NCBI GenBank assembly: GCA_951406725.2
Contig: OX597821.1
Coordinates: forward strand, 84,754,001 to 84,818,000
Direction: 5' to 3'
Source: Octopus vulgaris
Lineage: Eukaryota
Length of the DNA: 64,000 nucleotides
This document shows positions 26,808-42,129 of the stretch, one piece after another (the first letter of the stretch is position 1; the number at the start of each line of letters is the position of its first letter). A program made the position numbers and the translations under genes. The notes under the pieces were generated by a model, which worked only from the letters and a program-made list of their open reading frames with translations, was not told the origin of the DNA and did no database searches.

Positions 26808-27969
26808 TGGAAAAGGTCAATTAAGTGATGCCAGTAATTGACTGGTGTTTATTTTTCAGACACATTGAAATGATAAACAGTAAAATTTCCGGTGGGATTA
26901 GAACTTAGAACAGGACGGATCATATCCAAGTTCAGAGTTCTCCTATCGAATCTGCCAAATACCGCCTTCCCAATGACATCCAGAGTGACATTTGTCAAAC
27001 CCGTCAGGCTACACTTCTACAAGGAAGAGAAGTAAATCGAACCTCGGTGTTCTGAACTTGGTGCATATTCTCTCGGCTCGAAAGAATGGAAATAAATTCG
27101 GCCTCATCATACTGCTCCTTCTCCCATATCTGACAATCAGCATCTAAAAACTGTATTTATTCGTCACAAGGAGTAAAAATGCTATAAATAAAAAGTCAAG
27201 AGAAAATCCCACCTCCCACTGAATTTGAAATATGGAAGAATGTTTTGGCATCTTTATGGCATTTTCTCTTAATCATTAACGAATGAATAATTTACAGAAA
27301 AGCAAACTTAAGTTGACAGTTAGGAATAAGTTTTCCGACGATGTATCGTGGTATTTGAATTTTATATTTTCCCACAATGGCATATCGTGAGTTTTGGCCA
27401 TCCCGCTGTGAGTTAGTCAAATTGGTTGCCCACTTCCTTAAACGTAGAGTATCTTCGACTTCAGCAAAGAAACGTTGCCACTGGCCACTCTGAGTTATTC
27501 CTCTCAGCTAATGTTTGCTTAAAATAAGCAAATTATCAAGGCCATAAATGTGTTATACTCTTTTATATATAAGTCTAAATCCTTTAGTGGGAGGAAATAA
27601 GGTTGGACAGTTGTTGAACTGATGACAGTTATTCAGCTGGTAACACATGTCGCGGCTATCTTTTTCATTAATGGCATGTCAACTTTGGAGGATCTTGATT
27701 CTTGAAATTATTACCCCTTCTCAAGTGAAACTGGTCTTAATTCCCATTTGGTATTTATGACATCTAGAAGCGTAGGTAATTTTAATGAATGAAGAATTTT
27801 ATGTTGTATGGTATTTAATATACCTGTATCAGTGTATGCTGTCACTGGCCACACTGAGTTATTTCTTCTGGTACATTATTGTTTAAAATATATAAAATGG
27901 CTACCCATTGCGGTCTACCACGACTCGTTATTCCACGATAATCTTGCTTCTTCAGGATCCCACAGCTTA

Positions 27970-28085
27970 GGGACTCACCATGTCTAGATCCAGCTCTTAC
28001 ATACAGACACTTCTATTGGCGAAACAAGCGGCAAGACTACACACAGGTTATAAGACGTAAAACGCTGGATCCGCCTACCGTTGCC
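27970..28085 (+). mobile_element. Possible very old GIY-YIG remnant
   Basis: SIGETSGKTTHRL*DVKRWIR resembles YIGETxRxLxxRxxEHKRxIR. Confidence 0.3.
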
Positions 28086-28383
28086 TTATATCTTCAAACA
28101 GACATTACTAAAGATACAAACGGCTTTTTTGTTACAACTGTACGTACGCTGTGAGTTTCACGAGGACTTATCTACTCTAAGTATCAATGTTCTTTTTTAT
28201 TACTTTTATCAATGACTGAAATGTCGGTTTCAAATATCAGACTAACAGACGAGGAAACACCTTTTCTATAGACAAACATTTAATCATGGGTGTCCACCTA
28301 GACATTTAACGTAGCATTAAATTTCAAACGATTGATACATAGATATGTGTGTGTGTGTGTGTGTGTGGGCGTGCGCACATGTG

Positions 28384-28419
<36 letters not shown>

Positions 28420-29146
28420 ATGCATACACACACACACATACACACGAACATACACGAACACGCACTCACACACGCGCGCATACATGCACACACACATACA
28501 TATATGAATGAATATGATAGTTCATTCAAACGAAACAAAGAGAAAGTGGGTGGATTCTATTCCAAGACTGTATGAAACCCAATCATACCTCGTATATATT
28601 AGACGAGTAACAGAGCTTGCCGACGACGCATTGCTTTCACGGCTATTGAGAATAGCATGAACGCTTATGAGCGCACATGTGTCTAGCTATAGGAATAAAT
28701 GGGATTGTGTGTATATGTGTGTATATTTGTGTGTCTAGGCTTGCATGTGAGTGCGTGAGTATGTGTTGTGTGTATGTATGTGTGTATGTATGTATGCATG
28801 TATGTATGTATGTATGTATGTATGTATGTATGTATGTATGTATGTATGTATGTATGTATGTATGTATGTGTGTGTGTATGTATGTATGTATGTATGTATG
28901 TGTGTGTATGTATGTATGTATGTATGTATGTATGTATGTGTGTATGTATGTATGTATGTATGTATGTATGTATGTATGTGCATACATATTCGTTCATACG
29001 GACCTCTTTACATAGAGACAGAGAGGAGGGAAAAATATAGAGAAAGCGGCATTAAGGGAACCTAAATACACACACAAGCGAACTTTTACAGAAACATACT
29101 CTCTCACACACGCATTATATAGGCATACACACCGATATGTGTGTGT

Positions 29147-29212
<66 letters not shown>

Positions 29213-30357
29213 AGGCTCACGCGTATATGTAAGCATGTTTATGAAAGTGTGTGCCTGTGCACATATAATATAATTTATTTTAATATAGTTGATTACGCAC
29301 TTATCGTTTAAAAACAGCTTATTCAGAAAAATTACGGCTTCCCCAAGAGATGTTCAACAAATCTCTCTGCGCTGTATTCTCAATATACAAAGCTACCGCG
29401 TTGGCCGTCTCAGTTTCTGGCATTCTGTACTTTTTCGTCTGTCGTAGCATTCCTAATATCCTTTTAGGAAGTAGGTGGTAAATCAGGGCTTAAGTAGCGT
29501 GACAGCTAGTTGTGACGGGCAAGCCTCCCATTCATTAAAGGGAATTTTGTATATGTATGTACGGAAATTTATGTTTAAAAATAGAAGTAGACATTTATTG
29601 GATGATCATTGACATTCATGCCACTCCGTCGGTTGCGACGACGTGGGTTCCAAATGATCCAATCAACGGAACTGTCTGCTCGTGAAATTAACGTGCAAGT
29701 GGCTGAGCAGTCCACAGACACGTGTACCCTTAACGTAGTTCTCGAGGAAATTCAGCATGACACGGAGTGTGACAAGGCTGGTCCGTTGATATAGAGGTAC
29801 AACAGAAACAGGAAGAAAGAGTGAGAAAAAGTTGTGGTGAAAGAGTACAGAAGGGTTCGTCACCACCTCCTGTTTAGCCTCGTGGAGCTTTAGGCGTTTT
29901 CGCTCAATAAACACTCACAACGCCTGGTCTGGGAATCGAAACTGCGATCCTACGACTGTGAATCCGCTGCCCTAACCACTGGGCCATTGCACCTCCACGT
30001 TGATATTAGGGTTTCACTTTCATCTTTGTCATTCTTCATTTGGTTTCAATTTTCTGGAGCCTGCAGCTAACTTGTTTGTCACAGATTTCCAATATTTCGA
30101 GTTGTTAAGGTGGCGAACTGGCAGAAACGTTAGCACGCCGGGCAAAATGCTTAGCGGCATTTCGTCCGAGTTTACGTTCTGAGTTCAAATTCCACCGAAG
30201 TCGACTTTGCCTTTCATCCATTTCGGTGTCAGTAAAATAAGTACCAGTTGAGCACTGGGGTCGATGTAATCAATTTAATCCCTTCCCTAAAATTGTTAGC
30301 ATTGTGCCAAAATTTGAAACCAATATTTTGAGTTTTTATTCTTTCTTGCTGTTCGCG

Positions 30358-30468
<111 letters not shown>

Positions 30469-30689
30469 TGGCATGAATGGATCTCCGTCGGTTTCGACAT
30501 TGAAGATCCAGTTTTTCAATTGAATGGATTACCTGCTCATTGAATCAACATGTAAGTGGTTGAGTTTTTCACAGAAAGGTGTGCCGTTAACGTAATTCCC
30601 CAGCAGAATCAGTGTGGCACTGTGTGCGACTAGGCTGTATCTTTTTAATTATAGATGCAATCCATCCAATGGACCTCTATTCAGTTTCC

Positions 30690-31105
30690 TTTTTTCTTTA
30701 CTGCCCACAAGGTGCTACACACAGAGAGGACAAACAAGGACAGACAAACGGATTAAGTCGATTACATCGACTCCAGTGAGTAACTGGTACTTAATTTATC
30801 GACCCCGAAATGATAAAAGGCAAAGTCGACCTCGGCGGAATTTGAACTCAGAACGTAGCGGCAGATGAAATACCTATTTCTTTACTACCTACGAGGGGCT
30901 AAACACAGAGAGGACAAACAAAGACAGACAAACGGATTAAGTCGATTATATCGACTCCACTGCGTAACTGGTACTTAATTTATCGACCCCGAAAGGATGA
31001 AAGGCAAAGTCGACCTCGGCGGAATTTGAACTCAGAACGTAACGGCAGACGAAATACCGCTAAGCACGTCGCACGGCGTGCTAACATTTCATCCAGTTCG
31101 CTGCC
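30690..31105 (-). mobile_element. SINE family B dimer
   Basis: Junction GAAATACC|TATTTCTTT at about 30874. Confidence 0.88.
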
Positions 31106-32025
31106 TTTTATTCATTTTCCGTCAACCCAAGTTCACTCTGAAGGTATGGGTCTGTCCGAAGCGACAACATTTGGTAATCACCCAAGATGTCACGCAAGGG
31201 GATCAAATTCAGGGCTATGTAGTTGCGAAGCGAAATTCTCAACCAGATGCGGACACAAGTGTGAAGGGGACTGAGGGGCTGAGGAGTACGTGTCTCTCTC
31301 AAGAAAAGAAGTGCGCGCTTCTAAATAATGTTCTTACGCCCTTTTCCCCTGGTATTGTACTCCCTTCTGATTATGTGCCCTCCCTCCGAAAAATTCATAA
31401 GAACGCGCCAGTAAACAGTCCGGCAATGCTGCGTCCTACCACGTGTGTGTGTGGTGGGGTGAGTATGTGCGTGCGCGTATGAACACGTATGTATGTATGT
31501 ATGTATGTATGTATGTATGTATGTATGTATGTATGTATGTATGTATGCATGCATGCATGCATGTATGTATGTATGTATGTATGTCACCGTGACCGACCAG
31601 GCTATCAGATGTTGCTACACATCGCTGGTCACAATGCGAAGCACATTGTTTTAGCCTTCAAATGACGCCACCCCGCTGGGAATCGAAACCACGATCCTAC
31701 GACCGCGAGTCCGCTGCCCTAACCTCTGGGCCATTGCGCCTCCACTATATATGTATATATGTATGTATATATGTAAATAGTTCACAGATGAGAATCAGAT
31801 ATTCTCCGTATAGAATACACTTGGTAGTGTTCAAGGGAATTAAGCTTGAGTGGGTATAGAAATAAATATAGGGATAAGCGATTTAAACAGATCAGTATAT
31901 AAAGTTTTACTATATTAATACGTGAAATACAAAAATTGTATATATGTTTACATAAGGAATGGTCTGGCTTAAAAAGAATACAACTGGTATAGAGGATTAA
32001 AGGGGTTGAAGAAAAGTGTTACAAA

Positions 32026-32117
32026 TCCAACAGCTGTTTCTGGGGGGCTCGGCGGTCCAAAATAATGTTTGTGGATTGATTCCATCATAGGCCGAGATGA
32101 GCCTCCGTCATCGGGGA
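32026..32117 (-). ncRNA. Hammerhead-like motif, U4C core
   Basis: TCC-CCGATGA-C-GGAGGCTC...GAGCCCCC-CA-GAA-ACAGCTGT-T-GGA. Confidence 0.55.
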
Positions 32118-32264
32118 AGAGATCTTACATTTGAGGTATTAAAGGAAAGAATATTAAATGTGGAATGTGTATGTATGTATGTATGTATGTATGATGTATG
32201 TATGTATGTATGTATGTATGTATGTATGTATGTATGTATATGTGTATGTGCGTGAATATATATG

Positions 32265-32314
<50 letters not shown>

Positions 32315-32373
32315 CATATATATATATACACATACATATACATACATATATATATATATATATACATACAAAT

Positions 32374-32481
<108 letters not shown>

Positions 32482-32628
32482 CAATGTGTACAAAAGGAGG
32501 AAAAGCTATAACAATTGTATTAGTTTAATGTTTGAAAAGTTTCGGACGTTAATTCTTCATCACAAAAATAAAATAAAAAATACGAGTGTAATGAATGACA
32601 AAGAATTTGAACACACACACACACACAT

Positions 32629-32684
<56 letters not shown>

Positions 32685-32689
32685 ATATA

Positions 32690-32738
<49 letters not shown>

Positions 32739-33005
32739 CTCATACATGTTTATTTTATAATGTAAATGTTTTGCTTTTCATTTCCAAAAATTTATTCGGT
32801 ATTTATTTTTAACGACTCCTGTCTGAATTAACGTGTTGCCCTTTATCAAAGGAATGCTAAAAGTAGAATAGGGGGTGGGGTGGAAAATAATGGGAAGCTA
32901 AAGGTAATGCAGCATTGCCCTCAAAACTACTCACCTGATGATGTGCGAGAATACCGCTTCTTCTAGATCATATTTATAGAATATTTACATAATAATATGT
33001 ATATA

Positions 33006-33176
33006 GGCGCAGGAGTGACTGTGTGGTAAGTAGCTTGATAACCAACCACATAGTTCCGGGTTCAGTCCCACTGCGTGGCATCTTGAGCAAGTGTCGTCTG
33101 CTATAGCCCCGGGCCGACCAATGCCTTGTGAGTGGATTTGGTAGACGGAAACTGAAAGAAGCCTGTCGTATATATG

Positions 33177-33211
<35 letters not shown>

Positions 33212-33425
33212 GTTTGTGTGTCTGTGTTTGTCCCCCTAGCATTACTTGACAACCGATGCTGGTGTGTTTACGTCCCCGTTACCTAGCGGTTCGGCAAAAG
33301 AGACCGATAGAATAAGTACTGGGCTTACAAAAAATAAGTCCCGGGGTCGATTTGCTCGACTAAAGGCGGTGCTCCAGCATGGCCGCAGTCAAATGACTGA
33401 AACAAGTAAAAGAGTAAAAGAGAGT
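33006..33425 (+). mobile_element. SINE family A, full length
   Basis: GGCGCAGGAGTG...GAAACAAGTAAAAGAGTAAAAG. Confidence 0.92.
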
Positions 33426-34029
33426 ATAATAATGTTCCAATATACCTAGTCGCTGCAATATTTTGAGAGAAATCCAGAGCAAGTTTTCCAAGAAGTTCCC
33501 GAGAGTGAAAATGATTATAGTGAACGAAGCGTACATAGACAAACACATTGTTTCCCTATAGAATTCAGCGTTAGCTGGAGTGACCAGAAGCCGAACAATC
33601 CTCAAGCCTTCCATCTGTGTAACTTCCTCCTGGACATATGTTATCACAAGAGTTAGATGTCCGTTACTTAGAGGTAGTCTTGCGGTGCGCTGGCTCACCA
33701 GTGCAATTGTTAGATGGGTGTTAACACCTCACCAGGTTATTCCGTTCTGCTGACAGATAATTTTTTTGTTGTTTTACTGGGTCTCTAGAAGCCCTCCTCG
33801 GTAAGTTTGATGGACGAACCAGTTTAGTTGCTGATGGCCTGTCGATAACTAGCTGTTAAAGAAGCTAAATAAATGTAATTCATTCAAAAGTGTAAATTAT
33901 GTTGTGAAAACGATAAATTTTCAATAAATCAAGCGATGTTGTTACAGCAATATTAAATTTAGCAATCCTTAGTTGGTTGTCAAACAAAATGATAGACAAA
34001 ATGACAAACGTAAAAGTAATGTCCTAAAT

Positions 34030-34445
34030 AGGCACAGGAGTGGTAAGTAGCTTGCTAACCAACCACATGGTTCCGGGTTCAGTCCCACTGTGTGGCATCT
34101 TGGGCAAGTGTCTTCTGCTATAGCCCCGGGCCGACCAATGCCTTGTGAGTGGATTTGGTAGACGGAAACTGAAAGAAGCCTGTCGTATATATGTATATAT
34201 ATATATAAGTGTGTGTGTATATGTTTGTGTGTCTGTGTTTGTCCCCCTAGCATTGCTTGACAACCGATGCTGGTGTGTTTACGTCCCCGCCACTTAGCGG
34301 TTCGGCAAAAGAGACCGATTGAATAAGTACTGGGCTTACAAAGAATAAGTCCCGGGGTCGATTTGCTCGACTAAAGGCGGTGCTCCAGCATGGCCGCAGT
34401 CAAATGACTGAAACAAGTAAAAGAGTAAAGAGAGAGTAAGAGTAA
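34030..34445 (+). mobile_element. SINE family A
   Basis: Homology to 33006-33425. Confidence 0.92.
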
Positions 34446-35038
34446 ATCGGCGATCACCCTCTTAAGTTTTGGTAGACATAAAATTAATTATCGGAAAAAA
34501 ATTAAGCAACTCTGAACAGAAATTTGGTTCATATAGACTAAACGAAGATATTTTGGAAAGGTTATTTATGCCACTAAATTTGTAAAATATGAGCCTTTGT
34601 TCATCGTAAACAATGTTTTTAATCCCGCATTAAAACAAAATATCTTCAGAGTTACCCATTATTTCCTGCTGTGTATGTATGTATGTATGTATGTTAGTAT
34701 GTATGTATGTATGTTAGTATGTATGCGGCGAGCTGGCAGAAACGTTAGCACGTCGGGCGAAATGCTTAGCGGTATTTCGTCTGCGTTACGTTGTGAGTTC
34801 AAATTCCGCCGAGGTCGACTTTGCCTTTCATCCTTTCGGGGTCGATAAATTAAGTACCAGTTACGCACTGGGGTCGATGTAATCGACTTAATACCTATGT
34901 CTGTCCTTGTTTGTCCCCTCTGTGTTTAGCCCCTTGTGGGTAATAAAGAAATAAGTATGTATGTATGTATGTATTATGTTTGTGTGTGCGTGTATTTATA
35001 TGCCACTATCTCTTATTCCTCTCTGATTATTTCTATCA

Positions 35039-35429
35039 GTGGAGGCGCAATGGCCCAGTGGTTAGGGCAGCGGACTCGCGGTCATAGGATCGCGGTTTCG
35101 ATTCCCAGACCGGGCGTTGTGAGTGTTTATTGAGCGAAAACACCTAAAGCTCCACGACGCTCCGGCAGGGGATGGTGGTGATCCCTGCTGTACTCTTTCA
35201 CCACAACTTTCTCTCACTCTTACTTCCTGTTTCTGTTGTACCTGTATTTCAAAGGGCCGGCCTTGTCACTCTCTGTGTCACGTTGAATATCCCCGAGAAC
35301 TACGTTAAGGGTACACGTGTCTGTGGAGTGCTCAGCCACTTACTTGCACGTTAATTTCACGAGCAGGCTGTTCCGTTGATTCGGATCAACCGGAACCCTC
35401 ATCGTCGTAACCGACGGAGTGCTTCCACA
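35039..35429 (+). mobile_element. tRNA-derived SINE family C (also 29620-29998 minus, head at 31675-31745 minus)
   Basis: GGAGGCGCAATGGCCCAGTGGTTAGG...GGTTTCGATTCCC head; multiple copies. Confidence 0.9.
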
Positions 35430-36421
35430 TTTCTATCAACTTTGTAGGTGTGTGGGATCTGATGTATCTGTGCATGTTAAATAGTCACCATTGTGTTTGT
35501 ACGTGTTTCAGCCTCTTGTGTGAATGTGTCGACTGTTTAGTGTTTTGACAATCATGCTTACATACGCGATAGAAGAAGGATATAATATTTAAAGAGTTCA
35601 ATATTTTTCATTTATTACATACGTTTCTATTTATGTATTTATACATGCATGTAAGTATATATGTGTGCATGTACATGCACACACACACGCACGCACACAT
35701 GTATACAAATAAAGACACACAAACACACACACACACACGTACACACACACACACATATAGAAAAGTTCCATTATTTCATTTAATTTCTACAGCTGTTTCG
35801 ACGGTTAATATCATAATCTACATAATTAATATATGAAAACAGATAATTCATTTGAACGTGCCGTCTGCCACGTTCAAACTGTTTCATGAGAAATACAATT
35901 GAAAATGGAGATATCAGGAACATTCAATTTTCCGAGAAAGCATTTTATATCTTGAGATTTGCATCCTTTTTCTTTGAAAGATGTTGACAAGTGTTATTGT
36001 ACCTTTCTTTTCATTTTCTAACATAAAAAGTCATTTTCAGCTTATTGGGAATATTTTTGTATACGCATTTCAGTACGTCAGTAGCTACTTGAAAGCAAGG
36101 TCGTTGATACAACAAAATAAAGGACAGTTCGGCCAAAGAAAAACATTTATGCAGCATATAAATTCACACACATACACGCAAATACACATACGTACGCACC
36201 CCTGCCATACACCGCTGAATAGTTGCTGTCTTGCAGAGGTACCATCATCGCAACTGTGTTATACCATATGACTCTTACGACAATAAGAGATAGTGGCATA
36301 TACATACACACACACACACACATACATACATACATACATACATACATACATACATACAAACACATACATACATACATACATACATACATACATACATACA
36401 TACATACATACATACATACAT

Positions 36422-36502
<81 letters not shown>

Positions 36503-38139
36503 AAATAGACATTTATAGATTGTATATTTATTCTGTCCAGCTACGTATCAGTATAGTGGTCATTTGCAAACTCCAACTTTCATTTCTCCTTAGACCTCAC
36601 GTCACACAGCTGTTAATGTTTATTTCAGTTGGGTCACGCCCTTTCAATTGCTATACATTCGTAATGCATTTTACGGCTGTGTCTGTCACCTGGATGGTGA
36701 GGAATCCTACATTGGGAGGGGTAACGACTAGAGTACTATAGCTGACTGCTTATTGTGATCATTCGTCTTCTGGTTTCCTGTAGCTTTGCTCTCTTTTACA
36801 AACCCAGTGAACATATATTTCCTATTTCAAAGAAATTCAAACAATAGATATAAGACCCAAGTTAAAAAAGATTCTCAACAATTCAACTTCTCTGGTTGAC
36901 ATTAAGATGCCCACCCCCAATAGGGGCCTTAACTGTCACATTTTAGAGCTCCATGACCTCCATTTTTCTGGAAGAAAATCCTTTTAACAGGTTCAATAAG
37001 ACTGGAATTTTGGAATCTGCACATAAAAATCAGTAGTATGGGATACATGTGGCACGATTACAATTTTTTTAGGGTGTGTAAAGAGGGAAATAACCCTCAT
37101 CTGCAATTTTGATGAAATTCGAAACATAGATATTCCAGCTCATTACAGAAGATATAACAGAAAGGTCTAATTCTTCAATTGTATGTCACTCGGGCAACGC
37201 CGGGTAACTCTGCTAGTATTAGAATAAAAATGAAAATATATATTGGATGTTACAGTTCCAGTTCCATTATCCAAGGAATGTCCTGTGTAGAATGAGTAAG
37301 GTTTCTTGTCCATGGTATATAAATTACGATAAGAGTTCACATTCACACACGCCATACACGATCACACACGACCCGTGTTAGCCCCGTCACTCTTACTATT
37401 ATCGAACCGGAAGTCGAACAGCGGTCCTTCCGTAGTACTTATATAACCTTACCCCGCATATTCTGGATTTCTCTCCCACCCTTCCCTATTCTTCTCTCCC
37501 CTTCACCGTTCTCTCTCTCTCACTCCTCCTCCTCGACTCTCTCGTCGCTGACACGTGACGAGAGGGAATCTATCTTTCTGACTACTACCTTCGCAAAGAC
37601 TAAACGTGCTTATTCTGTCTCTTCATAAGCTCGTCTTCCTAAGCGTTCAGAATAATTTTTCCATCGTCTTGCCTTAACAACCCCCATCGTTTGTTTTTAC
37701 TGTTTTGTTCTCATTGTTCTGTCTTTTACTGTTTTTACTTTTTATGGTTTTTACTGTTTTGTTCTCACTGCCCTGTTCTTATTACCACTTTCATCCTCAG
37801 CAAAAAATCCCAAATTATATTTAATTTGCTTTGCGGGAAGGAGTGTTTCCATGAAGTCGCGTCTTATCCTTTCCTTCGAACGTGGAGTAGTTGAAACAGG
37901 GACAACTGAAGAAGGGGAATATTCTTTATGTTGTATGTCTCGTTTCTCTGTTTGTTTGTTTTTTTTCGTTGTCCAAAAACAAAGTTCGTTTCTATGTTTT
38001 TGTTTTCATGTTTTCGTTTCTCTTTGTGTTCAACGTTTTTTTTTTGCTGCCCTGTACCCATATATGCATGTATATATACATATATATGTAGGTATGTACA
38101 TATATGTATGTATATATGCATATATTTATAGATTATTTA

Positions 38140-38199
<60 letters not shown>

Positions 38200-38202
38200 T
38201 AT

Positions 38203-38372
38203 ATATATTAACCTGCTCTGGGTATCGAGAGCAATACATAGGCCAAACAAAAAACAGTCTACGTCGAAGAATGGCTATGCACAGATCCGAGATCAAAATT
38301 CCGAAAAACAGAAAAATAGCATTCAGCGAACACATTGACATTTGCGCCAATAACAAACAACCAAGAAATAAA
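38203..38372 (+). mobile_element. Penelope-like element GIY-YIG endonuclease fragment
   Basis: YILTCSGYREQYIGQTKNSLRRRMAMHRSEI...FSEHIDIC, matching the PLE GIY-YIG pattern. Confidence 0.8.
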
Positions 38373-38626
38373 TTGCCTTACACAAGGATACAACTCTCTT
38401 CTCGATCCAGCAATCGATCCCGCTACCTTATGATCGTGATCTTTACACAGTAACATTTAGACCACGCGATTTATGAATCTATCTACAAATGTATCTGCTT
38501 AGCTGTATATTTATTTATATATATTCTGCTTATCTATATGTCTGCATCTATATACTTAGATACTTATCTAAGTATCGATCTATTCACACTCTAGTATTAC
38601 GTATTAGTATACTTTTTATGTAGCAG

Positions 38627-38875
38627 AGGCGCGTGGCTTAGTGGTTAAGGTGTCACCATCATTATCGTAATATTGTGGTTTCGATTCCTGGACCGGGTGA
38701 CGTGTTGTGTTCTTGAGCAAAACACTTCATTTCACGTTGCTCCAGTCCACTCAGCTGGTAAAAATGAGTAACGCTGCGATGGACTGGCGTCCCGTCCAGC
38801 TGGGGAACACATACGCCTTTGAAACCGGGAAACCGGGTTCATGAGCGTAGCTAGGCTTTAAAATGGCGCATTTAT
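38627..38875 (+). mobile_element. tRNA-derived SINE family D (Meta/V-domain-like body)
   Basis: GTGGCTTAGTGGTTAAGG / GGTTTCGATTCC head; CTGCGATGGACTGGCGTCCCGTCCAG...GAAACCGG body. Confidence 0.75.
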
Positions 38876-39643
38876 TTATTTTATATATTTTTATATGGGC
38901 TTGTGTATGTATATACCTGCATAAATAGGTATGTGCATATGTGTGCATTTATCATTTTCTTTTACATATTATATATATATATATATACATAATTAGAACA
39001 AAGGCTTGGCTTGCGCCTCATCACGCACTGAAAAATAGATGTCAAAAGACAATTTTTACCACCATAAATTCTCCGAGAAAAACACACTACATAATAGGCC
39101 AAGTAGAAGAAAGAAAATTAATTAAAATTTTAGTTAACCGCGTTCTTGATCTTATTTCGGGCTAAAAGTAATAAAAAAAACATTACCTTTTTGCCTTCAT
39201 GAGCGTCAGTATACCCAGGCATATAAATACGAGTGGCCACGGATATGTAAGCGAGCTGCATCTTCACTTAGCTTATACCCGTCGAGACTTGCAGAGATAT
39301 GCTGCGAAGTAGGAATTATATCCTTCTCTTATAGCCACGTGCTGTGTCTGCAGTCAATACACTCAAGTCTGCAGTTAATACAGTTTTGATCAAGGAGTAA
39401 ATATTTGTTTTCAAATATTAATTATAATTATAATAAAGGGTAAAATCATAAATGATTTTTACTAAGTGGTCATATATATATATATATATATATTTAAGTA
39501 GGTGAATGAATTATCCTATGTTTATCGTCAGCATGGATAATTCGTTTAACCGATACCTGGGTAGCAAATTCACGTCAGAAAACACGGTTGAAGCGACCTG
39601 TCAAGGGTAGAAATTCCGGTTTCTTGTGTAGAAATGTGTGCGT

Positions 39644-39709
<66 letters not shown>

Positions 39710-41635
39710 ACCGCTGCTTGGGTGGTTACGTCACCGTAATCTAGCGGTTCGGCAAAAGGGACTGCTAGAAAAAGTACTTTTTTAAGCCAAATACTTTTTC
39801 TAGCGGTCTCTTCTGCCGAACCGGTGGCTTACGGTAACGTAAACACACAAACACCAGTTAACAAACAATGCTGGAAACAAACACACACATACATACATAT
39901 ACATTTACATATATCTAATATAATAAATGCGAAAACTAGTTTCTGTGTGACAGTGTGTCATGCTTAGAACCCTCTCTCACTATTCAATGACACTCCTACT
40001 ATTCCTCATGATGGGTTGAAAGTAATAGTAGGTATAGAGACGGTGAAGGCGGTGGAGAAGACAGAGAGAGAGAGAGAGAGAGAGAGAAAAAAAGTGTGGA
40101 AATAGACAAAGAAATTTGGGGAGAGTTTAATGATGTTTTATTAAAAGTAGTAGAGTTGATGGTGGTAGTGGGAGTAATAATAAGAGAGTGAGAAAGAGTG
40201 GGTATGTGTGAGAAAGAGGCACTGAACGCTGAACTAACATGTTGAAGTAACTTACTGAACAAACACACACATTTAGCCTTTTTATGACGGCAATGGGGTG
40301 ATAGTAATAGTATGAGCTGAAGCTGAGATAGAGGCGGAGGCGGCGGTGATGGTGGTGGTGGTGGTGGTGGTCAGGAATGGCGGTGAGAATAAGCGATGTG
40401 AAAGACAGTGGTGCTGGTGGTGGAGGGGAAGGCGGCGAAGTCAAAGGTGACGTCAGAAGTCTGAATGGTGTGTGTATGGCAGTTGTGGTGGCGATGGTGG
40501 TGGTACTGGTGATGGTGATGGTTGAAAACAATCAAAAGAAATAGAGAGGGAGAAAAAATGGTTAAATAGTAAAAGAAATTGTACTGAACCCCGAATGGGA
40601 AGACAAAAAATGTTTATCATGCAGCTTTGCAATAAGTTCCAAGTCGACAAATTGTTCTGATGAAAATTGTTCATTGCTTGAAAAATATTGTTCAAGTTTA
40701 ATAAAATTTAATATACATTCAATGCATGAAGTACCATTGTTGGGCCCAAGGCCTAATGAAGAGGCCTCCACAAGACCTAGCTTAAAAGCCGCCCGACATA
40801 TATATACGTACACAAACAAAAGATGTCTGTGCATTTACCCAGTGCGTGCGCGCGTGTGTATGTGTGTGTGTGTGTATGTGTGTGTGTGGTGTGTGTGTGT
40901 GTGTGTGTGTATGTAAGAGTGTATACATGTACGTTTTGCATGTTGTGTTTCTGTGTTGGGTGCAGGTCAAACATACGTGTATCTCTTATATCATATTATG
41001 AGCCTAATGCAACAATGCACAGTTGGTGATGTCACTGTCCTTGCTGATTTCCACCTGCTGCAACTTCCTTACTCACAGCTGCTGCAGTTATGTGGCCAAC
41101 CAGTCAAAAACTTCTGCATACTCACAGTATCTCCCTCCACAGCAATCCTTCCAAGAATCCCTATGGTCATACACTGTAAATGAAAGGCATACTTGTAATT
41201 AGCAGGGAACCTCCTAGCATCTGTAAGCCCTAGATGTACTGTGTACAGGCCCAAAAACGCGGTTGTGTCCTGGTACTCGTCATCAAATACTGACCAGCTA
41301 CTGTAGGTATGTTTTAAGACGACAAAATAATGAGGAATCCACTAAGAGTAAGAAGAAAGATAATTTGGTTGACTGTGAGGTAGTTTCTGGCAGACTGGAT
41401 TTCAGTGGGAATTCTGCTGCTGAGGGTATGTGGCCAGTCAGTCAAACAAGCACCATCTCCCTCAACAAGAATCCTTCCAAGAACTTTTATGGTCACATTA
41501 CTTAAATGAAAACCATACCTGTAATTAGCAGAGAACCTCCGAGCAACCATGCTATCTTAGATGTATTGTGTACAAGTCCAAACCCGTGGTTGCGTTCTAG
41601 CATTTGCCAGATAGACAGACAGACAGTTATATTTC

Positions 41636-41684
<49 letters not shown>

Positions 41685-41769
41685 TGTGTGTGTGTGTGTG
41701 CGTGTGTGTGCGCGTGTGTGTGTGTGTGTATGTGTGCGTGCGTGCGTGTGTGCGTGCGCGTGCGCGCGC

Positions 41770-41800
<31 letters not shown>

Positions 41801-42129
41801 TATAGACAGACATACAGACAGATAGATAGATAGTTATATAGATAGATAGATATTTCGTTGCAAAGAAAGATCTGTCGCATTTTTGACAAAATAACTTTAA
41901 AGGAAATTTTCCAACTCAACGGTAAAATATGCATTCATTGTTGTATTCCGCTGCTGTTCTCTTTCTTTGCAGGTTACTTTACACCATACTGGGTAAAATT
42001 TCATCGATTTCAACATAATGAAATGTCAGATACTGTGTGCTGTGAGAACTGAAAAGGGGCTCTTCAGCAACTGATGTATAAAGAAATATTCATTTTGTCT
42101 AAGGAATGTAGCTTCAAATGTCTGGTATG

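Noticed and set aside
35039-35112. tRNA genes at SINE heads
   Set aside because: A/B boxes are present, but they continue into multi-copy SINE bodies without a proper cloverleaf or terminator.
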